64,000 nt of DNA from Minisyncoccota bacterium (GTDB taxonomy: Bacteria; Patescibacteriota; Minisyncoccia; Phycocordibacterales; SBAW01): NCBI GenBank assembly GCA_035546575.1, contig DASZWN010000002.1, forward strand, positions 96,681 to 160,680, in the 5' to 3' direction. Positions 19,776-28,992 of the stretch are shown piece after piece. The notes beneath the pieces were generated by a model that was given only the letters and a program-made list of their open reading frames with translations, made no database searches and had not been told where the DNA came from. Position 1 is the stretch's first letter. Each line of letters starts with the position of its first letter. Made by a program: the position numbers and the translations under genes.

Positions 19776-20204
19776 CTACGCCTCACTATTTTTACTTTTT
19801 GGAGTCGGAAATAAAAGGAAGTGACCAGGGTATTTTTTCTTTAAACGAAACATGGCGCTTTGTGCATACTGCTTCTTAAACTGGCGAGTTTTCATTTCCC
19901 GCTCCAGCTCTTTTATAGCCTCTTCAAATCCTGGCAATTGATCAAAGAGCCAACGTTGTATGCGCCAAATCGTATCCCTCCCTACGCGCATGTCTGATTC
20001 GATTTTGTCGTACGATTCTCCAGCAATAAGACGACGAGCAATCACGATGCGTCGCCCAAGCATAATCCGTTCGCTTGGAGTAAGCAGATCACGGAGAAAT
20101 AATTTCATTGCTTCGCGACCCTTCACGCCTGCGGCGGCAGTATACAAAGTATCTAATACTTCGATTCGCTGTTTTTCTGGGAGTTCCTTACCTCGTACTT
20201 TCAT
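19776..20204 (-). CDS. TrpR-like YerC/YecD family DNA-binding protein
   Basis: FLRDLLTPSERIMLGRRIVIARRL..GESYDKI..VGRDTIWRI helix-turn-helix. Confidence 0.85.
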   Translation of the reverse strand: MKVRGKELPEKQRIEVLDTLYTAAAGVKGREAMKLFLRDLLTPSERIMLGRRIVIARRLIAGESYDKIESDMRVGRDTIWRIQRWLFDQLPGFEEAIKELEREMKTRQFKKQYAQSAMFRLKKKYPGHFLLFPTPKSKNSEA

Positions 20205-20225
20205 GCGGGAACCATATCATAAAAT

Positions 20226-20242
20226 AGTTTGATATATCAAAC
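20226..20242. promoter_or_regulatory. Palindrome GTTTGATATATCAAAC (copy 2) in the promoter region of the TrpR-like gene
   Basis: Perfect 16-bp palindrome 20227-20242, about 22 nt upstream of ATG 20204. Confidence 0.65.
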
Positions 20243-20316
20243 CTTGGCTAACTATAAATAAAAAAAGAAACCGCCGCGCGACCCACAAGGTTGCGCGGCG
20301 ATAGAGTCTAGCTCGT

Positions 20317-20604
20317 TCAGGGTACTTTAGAAGATGCAATCTTCTTCTCCAGATTTGTTATTAGCTCTTGTCTCAGTCGGCGTTGCTCAAGCCCCGTGGG
20401 CAGCGTTAGCAGCGCAAGAGGTGCCAGAAAGAGAAGAATGAAAACATCGAGCACGATCTGTTTTTCCATCAGACGATTGCCACTTTCGCGAGCGTGTTGA
20501 AGCTCCTGGTGGATATCGTCCTTAAACGCGATCGCCGGGATGGGAAAGCAGAGCGCTACCGCAATTGCGTAGCACAGTAGGATCATTCCAATAAGATGCC
20601 ACAT
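20317..20604 (-). CDS. Orphan two-TM membrane protein
   Basis: 95 aa from ATG 20604 with GGGAG SD; two hydrophobic segments. Confidence 0.6.
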   Translation of the reverse strand: MWHLIGMILLCYAIAVALCFPIPAIAFKDDIHQELQHARESGNRLMEKQIVLDVFILLFLAPLALLTLPTGLEQRRLRQELITNLEKKIASSKVP

Positions 20605-20710
20605 ACTGGCGTCTCCCATATGATTCAGTCTGAGCATATAAAATATTAATTTTATCCTCCTGTCAATACACGTTTGTTTTGTCTTCATAATTCCCGTATC
20701 ATAGGCGGCA

Positions 20711-21724
20711 ATGTCTTTCTTTACTCCAAAGCTGGGGATCGATCTTGGTACTGCCAACACGCTTGTGTTTATCCCCGGCCGCGGCGTGGTGCTCAACGAG
20801 CCGTCGGTGGTTGCGATTTCCGAAATCGACAAGCGTATTCTCGCAGTTGGTGCCGAGGCAAAAGAGATGATCGGCCGCACGCCGGGCGAGATCATTGCAT
20901 ACCGTCCGCTTAAGGACGGCGTCATTGCCGACTATCGCGTCACGCAAGCGATGCTGCGCTACTTTATCCGCAAAGCGATGGGCAAATATAAAATTTTTAA
21001 ACCCGAGGTGATGGTCTCGGTGCCCACGGGTGTCACCTCAACCGAGCGCCGCGCCGTGGTAGAGGCCGCAATCCGTGCCGGTGCAAAAAATGCATACGTG
21101 GTTAAAGAGTCGGTGCTTGCGGCAATCGGCGCCGGGATACCTATCCAGGAGTCGCGCGGGCATATGGTGGTAGACATCGGCGGAGGCACGACCGACGTCG
21201 CGGTGATCTCGCTCGGCGGCATTGTGGCATCAACTAGCGTAAAATGCGCGGGCGACAGGCTCGACCACGCAATAGCCGACTATATGAAAAAGGTCTACAA
21301 CCTCGGCGTGGGCGAAAAGACTGCCGAGAGCATCAAAATTGCAATAGGCTCTGCTGTGCCTGTCGAGGACGAGCTTGTGATGACCGTACGCGGCCGCGAT
21401 TTTATCACCGGCCTTCCGCGCTCAACCGAGCTCAAGACAAACGATGTAGTAAAAGCAATCGGCAAAGAGTTGCGCGAGATAGTGAAAGCGATCCGCGACG
21501 TGCTCCAGGAGACGCCGCCCGAGCTGGCATCGGACATTATCGACAGCGGCATCACCATGACCGGCGGCACGAGCCAGCTGCGCAATTTCCCCGAGCTGGT
21601 GCTGCGCCGCACCGGCGTAAAAGCGCAGGTCGCGCAAGACGCGCTTTTTTGCGTCGCTTTAGGCACCGGCATTGCGCTTGAGCATCTCGACACCTACAAA
21701 AAAGCTATCATAGCGAAGCGATGA
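20711..21724 (+). CDS. mreB: Rod shape-determining protein MreB (stand-alone paralog)
   Basis: GIDLGTANT, NEPSVVA, VDIGGGTTD, TPPELASDI. Confidence 0.95.
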   Translation: MSFFTPKLGIDLGTANTLVFIPGRGVVLNEPSVVAISEIDKRILAVGAEAKEMIGRTPGEIIAYRPLKDGVIADYRVTQAMLRYFIRKAMGKYKIFKPEVMVSVPTGVTSTERRAVVEAAIRAGAKNAYVVKESVLAAIGAGIPIQESRGHMVVDIGGGTTDVAVISLGGIVASTSVKCAGDRLDHAIADYMKKVYNLGVGEKTAESIKIAIGSAVPVEDELVMTVRGRDFITGLPRSTELKTNDVVKAIGKELREIVKAIRDVLQETPPELASDIIDSGITMTGGTSQLRNFPELVLRRTGVKAQVAQDALFCVALGTGIALEHLDTYKKAIIAKR

Positions 21725-22380
21725 GCACCCATCACCACGCCTATCTATATGAAGGGTCGCTCTCGCAGCTGGAGGCGCTCGCAGGCAATGCGCAGGAGTT
21801 GTTTGATTTTTCTGCAGAAAATAATCCTGATCTACAGATACGTAGTTTTGAAAAATTTGGTATTGAGGAGGCTCGCGAGCTCACCTATGCTACATCGCTG
21901 CGCAGCCTTTCTGGGCGCGCCCTATATATAGTAGGGGTTTCGGCCATAACCACCGACGCCCAGCAAGCCCTCCTTAAGTTGTTTGAGGAGCCGCAGCAGG
22001 GCTCAATGTTTGTCCTCTTGGCTCCGCACGGTTCGATCATTGCAACCCTCCGTTCAAGATTGCTTGTGTATCCAGGAACGATTCAACTGTCCTCACAAAA
22101 GTCCTCGGCCCAATCGTTCCTTAGGGCAAATGGTAAAGATCGCAGCGCAGAGATAACCAAGTTACTTAAAGATGAAGAGGGGACAAAAGAGCGCGTGCGA
22201 GATTTTCTAGCAGGGCTTGAAGAAAAGCTACATGCCGAGCTCCTCAAATCAAAAGGCGACGCGAAAGTAAGAGAAGGTCTCGAGGATATCGTAAAAATCC
22301 GCTCGTATGTGGGTGACCGCTCACCATCGCTCAAGATGCTCCTGGAGCACTTGGCCGTCTCGCTCCCGACACTCAAATGA
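21721..22380 (+). CDS. holB: DNA polymerase III delta-prime-like subunit (short form)
   Basis: HHAYL, PD, GIEEAREL, AQQALLKLFEEP, TLRSR. Confidence 0.75.
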   Translation: MSTHHHAYLYEGSLSQLEALAGNAQELFDFSAENNPDLQIRSFEKFGIEEARELTYATSLRSLSGRALYIVGVSAITTDAQQALLKLFEEPQQGSMFVLLAPHGSIIATLRSRLLVYPGTIQLSSQKSSAQSFLRANGKDRSAEITKLLKDEEGTKERVRDFLAGLEEKLHAELLKSKGDAKVREGLEDIVKIRSYVGDRSPSLKMLLEHLAVSLPTLK

Positions 22381-23039
22381 CGCCGGCAACATTAAAGGAG
22401 AGAAAAGAGCGCATGCGCAAGCTCGACCAGGCACTCAAAAAGCTGTTCCCAAATGTGGGTACAGAGCTTGTCTATAAAATCCCCTGGCAGTTTATGGTCG
22501 CGGTGCAGCTCAGCGCGCAGTGCACCGACAAGCGGGTCAATATCGTCACCAAAGAGCTATTTAAAAAATACAAAACGGTCGACGACTACGCCAAGGCCAA
22601 CGTTGGCGAGTTTGAAAAGGCAATCAATTCCGTAACCTATTACCACAACAAGGCGCGCAACATTATTGCAGCGGCCAAGTTTGTTAAAAAGGAGTTTAAG
22701 GGCAAGCTGCCGCGCACGATGGAGGAGATGATTAAGATCCCCGGGGTTGGGCGCAAGACGGCAAACGTTGTGCTCGCCGATCTCTATGGCATTACGCCAG
22801 GCATTACGGTGGATACGCACGTGATCCGCTTTGTCTCGCGCTTCGGCCTCTCCGACCATCGCGATGCGGTGCGCATTGAGCGCGACCTCATGCAGATAGT
22901 GCCTAAAAAAGAGTGGCGTACGTTCACACATCGCATTATCCACTACGGGCGCTACCTGGCTCCGGCCCGCGCATACGACACGACAAAAGACCCGCTTATG
23001 AAAATCTATCCTCCAGCAGGGAAGCAGTTCCGGGTTTGA
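22377..23039 (+). CDS. nth: Endonuclease III lacking Fe-S cysteines
   Basis: LSAQCTDKRVN, IPGVGRKTANVVL (HhH), VDTHV. Confidence 0.92.
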   Translation: MTPATLKERKERMRKLDQALKKLFPNVGTELVYKIPWQFMVAVQLSAQCTDKRVNIVTKELFKKYKTVDDYAKANVGEFEKAINSVTYYHNKARNIIAAAKFVKKEFKGKLPRTMEEMIKIPGVGRKTANVVLADLYGITPGITVDTHVIRFVSRFGLSDHRDAVRIERDLMQIVPKKEWRTFTHRIIHYGRYLAPARAYDTTKDPLMKIYPPAGKQFRV

Positions 23040-23070
23040 CAAATATATATAAGGTAGTACATTACCCTTT

Positions 23071-23216
23071 GGGTACGGAGAGACAGGATCCCTGCTGTTC
23101 CGGCGAGCTCTCGGTAGGCAATCCGCGGAGTTCCGAAGCTCAGCACATGCTTTTTGATCAAGGTCGTCCCCTGGACGAAGGCTCGCGAGCCTAGCTGTGG
23201 TCAACCCTTCGTACCC
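23071..23216 (+). ncRNA. Candidate multi-branched non-coding RNA, family unrecognised
   Basis: TTGACA-N16-TACATT promoter 23036-23063; closing stem GGGTACGGAG/CTTCGTACCC; several internal hairpins. Confidence 0.55.
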
Positions 23217-23299
23217 CCTAATTTCGTTCTGTCTGGTATATAATTCGCTGGCGTCTAATTTCGGTAGCGCCCCCCGTCTCGCCGAAGACGTCAGCACAA

Positions 23300-23342
23300 G
23301 GCCGCTTCATCTCCCCCGGGGTGAAGCGGCCGCTTTCTTTTT
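23300..23342 (+). terminator. Intrinsic terminator upstream of frr
   Basis: GGCCGCTTCATC..GGTGAAGCGGCC followed by GCTTTCTTTTT. Confidence 0.8.
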
Positions 23343-23373
23343 ATAAAACGGCAATATTTGCTACACTACCTAT

Positions 23374-23925
23374 ATGGCATACGACTTTAAACCGTTCGAG
23401 AAAAAGATCGCCGAGATCACCGACCGTCTTGGCAAAGAGCTCGCGAGCGTACGCACCGGCCGCGCGACGCCTGCCATTTTGGACGGGGTCATGATAGAGA
23501 GCTACGGCACCCGCATGATGCTGAGCCAGGTTGCTAACATCTCCACCGAAGACGCTCGCACATTGCGCATCGCGCCCTGGGACGCAAGCAACGCTAAAGA
23601 AATCGAGAAGGCAATCATACAAGCAAATCTTGGCCTATCGGTCGGGTCCGATGAAAAGGGCGTTCGAGTCTCATTCCCAGAGCTCACGAGCGAGCGCCGC
23701 GTACAGCTCACTAAACTTGCTAAAGAAAAGGTCGAAGAGATCCGCACCTCGCTCAAACGCGCCCGCGACGAAGTGTGGAACGACATACAAAAACAAGAAA
23801 AGGACGGCAAGATGTCTGAGGACGACAAATTCCGCGCCAAGGACGAGATGCAGAAGCGCGTCGATGCGGCAAATGCAAAGTTTGACGATGCCCTTGAGCG
23901 CAAAGAGCATGAGATGAACTCATAA
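23374..23925 (+). CDS. frr: Ribosome recycling factor
   Basis: VRTGRATP, IAPWD, FPELTSERR, SEDD. Confidence 0.97.
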   Translation: MAYDFKPFEKKIAEITDRLGKELASVRTGRATPAILDGVMIESYGTRMMLSQVANISTEDARTLRIAPWDASNAKEIEKAIIQANLGLSVGSDEKGVRVSFPELTSERRVQLTKLAKEKVEEIRTSLKRARDEVWNDIQKQEKDGKMSEDDKFRAKDEMQKRVDAANAKFDDALERKEHEMNS

Positions 23926-23928
23926 CCT

Positions 23929-25029
23929 ATGTATCTTTTCTTTTTTATTCTTATTTTGGTTGCGCTCATAGTGGTGCACGAGCTCGGTCATTTTTCCGTT
24001 GCCAAGTTTTTTGGCATCAAAGTAGAGGAGTTTGGTATCGGATTCCCGCCGCGCCTACTCTCGTTTAAAAAGGGAGAGACGGTCTACTCGCTCAACCTGC
24101 TCTTTTTCGGCGGGTTCGTAAAAATATTCGGCGAGGACGCTCAAGAGGGTGCTGAAGATCCTCGGAGCTTTGCCCATAAGCATCGTGCAATACAAGGCGC
24201 CGTGATAGTCGCCGGCATCGTCATGAACCTGCTCTTTGCGTGGCTCGCGCTCTCGGCCGGCTATATACATGGGCTCCCGACATCGGTCGATCATGAAGGG
24301 TTCGGGATCGTGCAAGGCGCCAAAGTGACTGTGGTTGCGGTGGTGCCAAACTCACCCGCACAGGAGGTCGGAATTCTCCCGGAGGATACCATCGAGGTGC
24401 TCGAGACCGGCACCGCCAAGCTCGATGTCCGTACACTCAATACAAACATGCAGGCTGAGGTAGTGCGAAACTTTATCGCCGACCATGGCGAGGAAAGCAT
24501 TGTGCTTACGGTTGTGCGCGCAGGGGATGAGAAGACATTTCTTGCAAAGCCTACTGCAGGAGTAATAGACGGCCGCAAAGCGATAGGCGTACAGCTCGAC
24601 GATGTAGGCATACTCAAACTTTCGCCGCCGCTCGCTTTGCTTGAGGGTGCGATACTCGGCTACCACATGACACTCTCGACCGCGCAGGGTCTCGGCACTT
24701 TCTTTTCGCAGATTGCGCGCGGTGCGGCAGATTTTAATACCGTTGCAGGACCAATCGGTATTGCGGGTATTGGCGCGAATGCAGTGCACGACGGATTTGG
24801 TGCAGCAGTAGTGCTTACGGCTTTGATATCTATTAATCTTGCCCTTATCAATGTGCTCCCGATCCCTGGTCTCGATGGCGGGCGACTCCTCATTATCGTT
24901 ATCGAGGGCGTTATACGCCGCCCCATCTCTCCAAGAATTACGACCGCAATAACCATTGCCGGGTTTGCAGCGCTGATATTCCTGATGATCGTAGTGTCAT
25001 ATCACGACATCGCCCGCCTAATTGGATAA
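23929..25029 (+). CDS. rseP: Site-2 protease (M50) with PDZ domain
   Basis: HELGHF, EFGIGFPP, NVLPIPGLDGG. Confidence 0.93.
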   Translation: MYLFFFILILVALIVVHELGHFSVAKFFGIKVEEFGIGFPPRLLSFKKGETVYSLNLLFFGGFVKIFGEDAQEGAEDPRSFAHKHRAIQGAVIVAGIVMNLLFAWLALSAGYIHGLPTSVDHEGFGIVQGAKVTVVAVVPNSPAQEVGILPEDTIEVLETGTAKLDVRTLNTNMQAEVVRNFIADHGEESIVLTVVRAGDEKTFLAKPTAGVIDGRKAIGVQLDDVGILKLSPPLALLEGAILGYHMTLSTAQGLGTFFSQIARGAADFNTVAGPIGIAGIGANAVHDGFGAAVVLTALISINLALINVLPIPGLDGGRLLIIVIEGVIRRPISPRITTAITIAGFAALIFLMIVVSYHDIARLIG

Positions 25030-25071
25030 AAAGAAATACGCTCGCCTTGTGGGGCGAGCGCGGTGTTGCTT

Positions 25072-25290
25072 TTAGTCGTTGGGAATGATTCCCTGCGGTG
25101 AGTCATCATCATCGACCGACGGCCGTTTATGAGTGCCGCTGCCGATAATAATTGCATCTCCGAGCAAGCGGTCTTCTCCGGCGAGACGATGCTCGCAGTG
25201 AATCCGCTTCCCGTGGCAGGGACTTATTACCCTGAATCCGCAACTTCTTTCTCCTCGGCACGGTTCAGCTGTCCTAAGGCGTGTTGCCAT
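25072..25290 (-). CDS. Small Cys/His-containing orphan (72 aa)
   Basis: AGGGGG SD before ATG 25290; C-x5-C-x7-CH-x4-HCEH. Confidence 0.45.
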   Translation of the reverse strand: MATRLRTAEPCRGERSCGFRVISPCHGKRIHCEHRLAGEDRLLGDAIIIGSGTHKRPSVDDDDSPQGIIPND

Positions 25291-25300
25291 TTCTGGCCCC

Positions 25301-25456
25301 CTACATAGCTGGATCAATGTTTCGTTTGGGTTTTGTCTGTATGTCCGATGTGGATCTTCGAGGACACTTCTGGAATTTTTCCTCCGTAACTCGCAGCCTA
25401 CCCAACGCATAGCATGGGTTCTTAACGTGCTGGTCGCACTTATTGCACAAGCTCAT
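25301..25456 (-). CDS. Small four-Cys orphan (51 aa; alternative TTG start 25471)
   Basis: Hand translation MSLCNKCDQHVKNPCYALGRLRVTEEKFQKCPRRSTSDIQTKPKRNIDPAM; GGAG SD before the TTG. Confidence 0.45.
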   Translation of the reverse strand: MSLCNKCDQHVKNPCYALGRLRVTEEKFQKCPRRSTSDIQTKPKRNIDPAM

Positions 25457-25611
25457 TCCCCGTCGAACCAAGCCGCTATCTCCGCATAAAGGGTAAAGAA
25501 CACAACGCGCACTATTGTGTCACAATAATCACTTTTTTCAAATAGCAGATAAAGAAGCACCCCGCGACGCATATGATGCGTCGCGGGGCATTGCTGAGTT
25601 GAGGGCGACGA

Positions 25612-25779
25612 TTACTCTTCGTCGTCCTCGTCATGCACGAATTGCGGATCTTCGTATCGCGGCGCCCTGGGGCCGCTACCCGCCATGTTGGCGCAGTCGC
25701 GTGCCTGCGCTGGATTGCAGGCACCGCCGATCGGCACCTCGCGGCCGCAGTTGCCGCACGTTTCCGTTCTGTCGGTCAT
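25612..25779 (-). CDS. Small four-Cys orphan (55 aa) with acidic tail
   Basis: GGAGG SD; CGNC-x9-C-x7-C; ends HDEDDEE; downstream hairpin about 25560-25588. Confidence 0.6.
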   Translation of the reverse strand: MTDRTETCGNCGREVPIGGACNPAQARDCANMAGSGPRAPRYEDPQFVHDEDDEE

Positions 25780-25891
25780 CGTCCACCTCCGGTTGCACTG
25801 TTTATACAATAGCATATTTCTTTATATAAAGCAAGTGCAGGTTCGGCTCTGGTATTTTGCCTCCTTTCGTTTTTGACCGTACAATTCCTAC

Positions 25892-27148
25892 ATGCGCCAA
25901 TCTCAATTGTTTACTAAGACCCGCCGCGAGGCTCCAAAAGACGAAGTGTCTAAAAACGCGCAGCTTCTTATCCGTGCTGGGTACATTAATAAAGAGATGG
26001 CGGGTGTGTACGACTTTTTGCCGCTTGGGCTGCGTACGCTCGAGAAGATCATCGGTATTATCCGCGAGGAGATGAATAAAATCGGCGGGCAAGAAATCTT
26101 GCTTTCAACGCTGCAGGATTCTAAACCGTGGGAGGCATCAGGGCGCTGGAGCGATGAGAATGTAGACGTGTGGTTTAAGACCGAGCTCAAAAGCGGCGGG
26201 CAATTGGGTCTTGCGCCAACGCACGAGGAACCGCTCACGAACCTTATGCGCGATCATATCTCCTCATACCGCGACCTGCCGTGCTACGCTTACCAATTTC
26301 AGACCAAATTCCGCAACGAGCTTCGCTCCAAATCCGGCATTATGCGCTCGCGCGAGTTCATCATGAAGGATCTTTATTCGTTTAGTAAATCGGAAGAAGA
26401 GTTTAGAGAGTTTTACGAGGCTGCTGCAGAAGCATATCTCAAAGTATTTGCGCGCGTCGGGTTGGGCGAAGTTACGTACCGCACGTTTGCTTCTGGCGGT
26501 TCATTCAGCAAATTTAGTGATGAGTTCCAGACTGTCTCAGACGCGGGCGAGGACGTTATCTATGTGCATGAGCATAGGCGCCTTGCGGTTAACAAAGAGG
26601 TCTACAAAGATGATGTACTAGCGGATTTGGGCATGCAAAAAAGTGATCTTAAAGAAATGAAAGCAATCGAGGTGGGGAATATCTTCCCGCTCGGCACCCG
26701 TTTCTCTGATGTTCTAGGGCTCACATATAAAGACGAAAACGGGGAACAAAAGCCGGTTATTATGGGCTCTTATGGCATTGGTCCGGGGCGGCTCATGGGT
26801 ACCATTGTTGAAACCCTCGCTGACGACAAAGGAATTGTCTGGCCTGAAGAGGTGGCGCCGTTCCGCGTGCATGTGGTCGAGATCAATAATAAGAACGACG
26901 ATGTCCGAAAAGAGGCACAGGAGTTATACAACGAGCTTAGCCAGGCAGGTGTCGAGGTGTTGTGGGACGACCGCGATGCGCGCGCGGGCGAGAAGTTTGC
27001 CGACTCAGATCTTATGGGTATTCCCTTGCGCGTCGTAGTATCAGAAAAAACGCTTGCAGCAGGCAAGTTCGAGTGCGTGGAGCGAGCTACCGGCAAAACT
27101 CAGCAACTCAGTACCTCAGAGCTCGTGCACCACGTCACTCATGTTTAA
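25892..27148 (+). CDS. proS: Proline--tRNA ligase (short form, no editing insertion)
   Basis: PTHEE, QTKFRNELR, REFIMKDLYSF, IEVGNIF, MGSYGIG. Confidence 0.95.
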   Translation: MRQSQLFTKTRREAPKDEVSKNAQLLIRAGYINKEMAGVYDFLPLGLRTLEKIIGIIREEMNKIGGQEILLSTLQDSKPWEASGRWSDENVDVWFKTELKSGGQLGLAPTHEEPLTNLMRDHISSYRDLPCYAYQFQTKFRNELRSKSGIMRSREFIMKDLYSFSKSEEEFREFYEAAAEAYLKVFARVGLGEVTYRTFASGGSFSKFSDEFQTVSDAGEDVIYVHEHRRLAVNKEVYKDDVLADLGMQKSDLKEMKAIEVGNIFPLGTRFSDVLGLTYKDENGEQKPVIMGSYGIGPGRLMGTIVETLADDKGIVWPEEVAPFRVHVVEINNKNDDVRKEAQELYNELSQAGVEVLWDDRDARAGEKFADSDLMGIPLRVVVSEKTLAAGKFECVERATGKTQQLSTSELVHHVTHV

Positions 27149-28196
27149 CAAACTTCTTACACGCATCAATTCATTTCTCTCCAACGATATCGGTATCGAC
27201 CTCGGTACCGCAAATACGCTTGTGTATGTGCGAGGCAAGGGGATTGTCGTAAATGAGCCCTCGGTAGTTGCCGTTAATCAAAAAACAGGACAGGTGGTAG
27301 CGGTGGGGAATGCGGCAAAGGCAATGCTCGGCCGCACGCCGGGGCACTTGGCCGCAGTGCGGCCGCTTGTCGACGGCGTAGTCTCCGACTTTGAGGCAAC
27401 CGAGGAGATGCTCGCGTATCTCATCAATCGCGCCCAAGGGCAGTCGCGCAAGCTGCTGGGCCCTCGCGTCGTAATCGGCGTGCCCTCGGGCATCACCAAC
27501 GTAGAGATCCGCGCGGTTAAAGACGCGGCACATAACGCCGGTGCGCGAGAGGTGCATATTGTCGAGGAGCCAATGCTGGCGGCACTCGGTATCAGGCTCC
27601 CCACCAAAGACGCGATAGGCACGATGCTTGTAGATGTAGGCGGCGGCACCTCCGACATCGCGGTACTCAGCCTCGGCGGCTTGGTGCGCTCGCGCAACTT
27701 ACGCATTGCGGGCGTAAAGCTCGACAACGACATCATCGGGCACGTGCGCTCGGAGTTTAAAATCTTAATAGGCGAAAAGACGGCGGAAAATGTAAAGATG
27801 GCTATAGGCTCGGTCATAGAGGGTGGTGGCCACCTCGAGGCCGTGGTGCGCGGCCGCGACCTCATTACCGGCCTTCCGCGCGAGATACTCCTTACCGATT
27901 CCGACGTGCGCGAAGCAATGTCGCAGTCGATCGACACGCTTATCGAGACGATCCGCGAGGTGCTCGAGACCACGCCGCCCGAGATCCTTTCCGACATCAT
28001 GCGCTCGGGTATTGTGCTCGTGGGCGGGGGTGCCTTGATAAAAGGGCTCGACGTATTACTGAGCCAATGGCTCAAAGTACCGGTATTCGTAGCCGACGAC
28101 CCGCTTACCGCAGTGGCGCGCGGCACCGGCGTGATACTCGAAAACCTCGACGCATATCGCGACATATTCCTGGATTATGACGACGATATCTCCTAG
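27141..28196 (+). CDS. mreB: Rod shape-determining protein MreB
   Basis: IGIDLGTANT, VDVGGGTSD, TPPE; start ATG 27141; directly upstream of mreC. Confidence 0.95.
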   Translation: MFNKLLTRINSFLSNDIGIDLGTANTLVYVRGKGIVVNEPSVVAVNQKTGQVVAVGNAAKAMLGRTPGHLAAVRPLVDGVVSDFEATEEMLAYLINRAQGQSRKLLGPRVVIGVPSGITNVEIRAVKDAAHNAGAREVHIVEEPMLAALGIRLPTKDAIGTMLVDVGGGTSDIAVLSLGGLVRSRNLRIAGVKLDNDIIGHVRSEFKILIGEKTAENVKMAIGSVIEGGGHLEAVVRGRDLITGLPREILLTDSDVREAMSQSIDTLIETIREVLETTPPEILSDIMRSGIVLVGGGALIKGLDVLLSQWLKVPVFVADDPLTAVARGTGVILENLDAYRDIFLDYDDDIS

Positions 28197-28992
28197 ACGC
28201 CGCCGCGGCAGCAGCAACTCGCGTTTGCGTGCAATTATCGCAGTCGTTTTGTTTGTAATCGTGTTTTTGATAGTGACGCTGCTGCGCGACCCGGTTTCGG
28301 GTTTGTTGTGGCGAGTGGCTGGTCCGCTTTCTGGTGTACGCAACAGCGCCGTTGCCGCCACAAGTATCTTTTTTAGCGGATTTTCATCGCAATCAAGCCT
28401 TGCAGCAGAAAATGCCGCGCTGCGCGCCGAGCTCGCGTCCTCGAGCATTCTCCTGCTCGACCGTACTATGCTCTATACCGAAAACCTCGATCTTAAATCG
28501 CGCCTTAATCGCAACCCAGGCTTCTCATCAACACTTGCAACAGTTATCTCGCGCCCGCCCGCTACTCCCTACGATACGCTCATGCTCGATATCGGCTCGC
28601 AACATGGCGTTGTTGTGGGTGACTTGGTTGCAGCCGGCGGCTCGGTATACATCGGCACCATAACACAGGTGTACCCGACCACTGCGCGTGCGCTGCTCTT
28701 CTCGGCGCCAGGTGAGACATATCAGGCAACGCTCGCCGGCACGAGCACGCATGCGGTCATTCCAGTTTCTGTTTCGGGACAGGGGGGTGGCGGGCTCACG
28801 GCGCAAGTGCCTGCTGGTACAGCGGTAAAAGTTGGCGACCGTGTACAATTTCCGAGCATTATTCCGCAATTTATTGCGAGTGTGGTTTCTATCGAGAGCA
28901 AAGAGGCAGACTCGTTTAAAACTATTTACATGCAGCTTCCGGTTAATCCGCTTGAGTTACAGTTCGTCGAGGTCCGCCATCCGCATATATAA
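28177..28992 (+). CDS. mreC: Rod shape-determining protein MreC
   Basis: TM, coiled coil (ENAALR, ENLDLK), LDIGSQHGVVVGD..IGTI; synteny. Confidence 0.88.
   Translation: MTTISPRRRRGSSNSRLRAIIAVVLFVIVFLIVTLLRDPVSGLLWRVAGPLSGVRNSAVAATSIFFSGFSSQSSLAAENAALRAELASSSILLLDRTMLYTENLDLKSRLNRNPGFSSTLATVISRPPATPYDTLMLDIGSQHGVVVGDLVAAGGSVYIGTITQVYPTTARALLFSAPGETYQATLAGTSTHAVIPVSVSGQGGGGLTAQVPAGTAVKVGDRVQFPSIIPQFIASVVSIESKEADSFKTIYMQLPVNPLELQFVEVRHPHI

Noticed and set aside
23071-23216. 5S rRNA or c-di-AMP riboswitch assignment
   Set aside because: Only short matches (CCGAAGCTCAG, GTACGGAG); length and remaining motifs do not fit.
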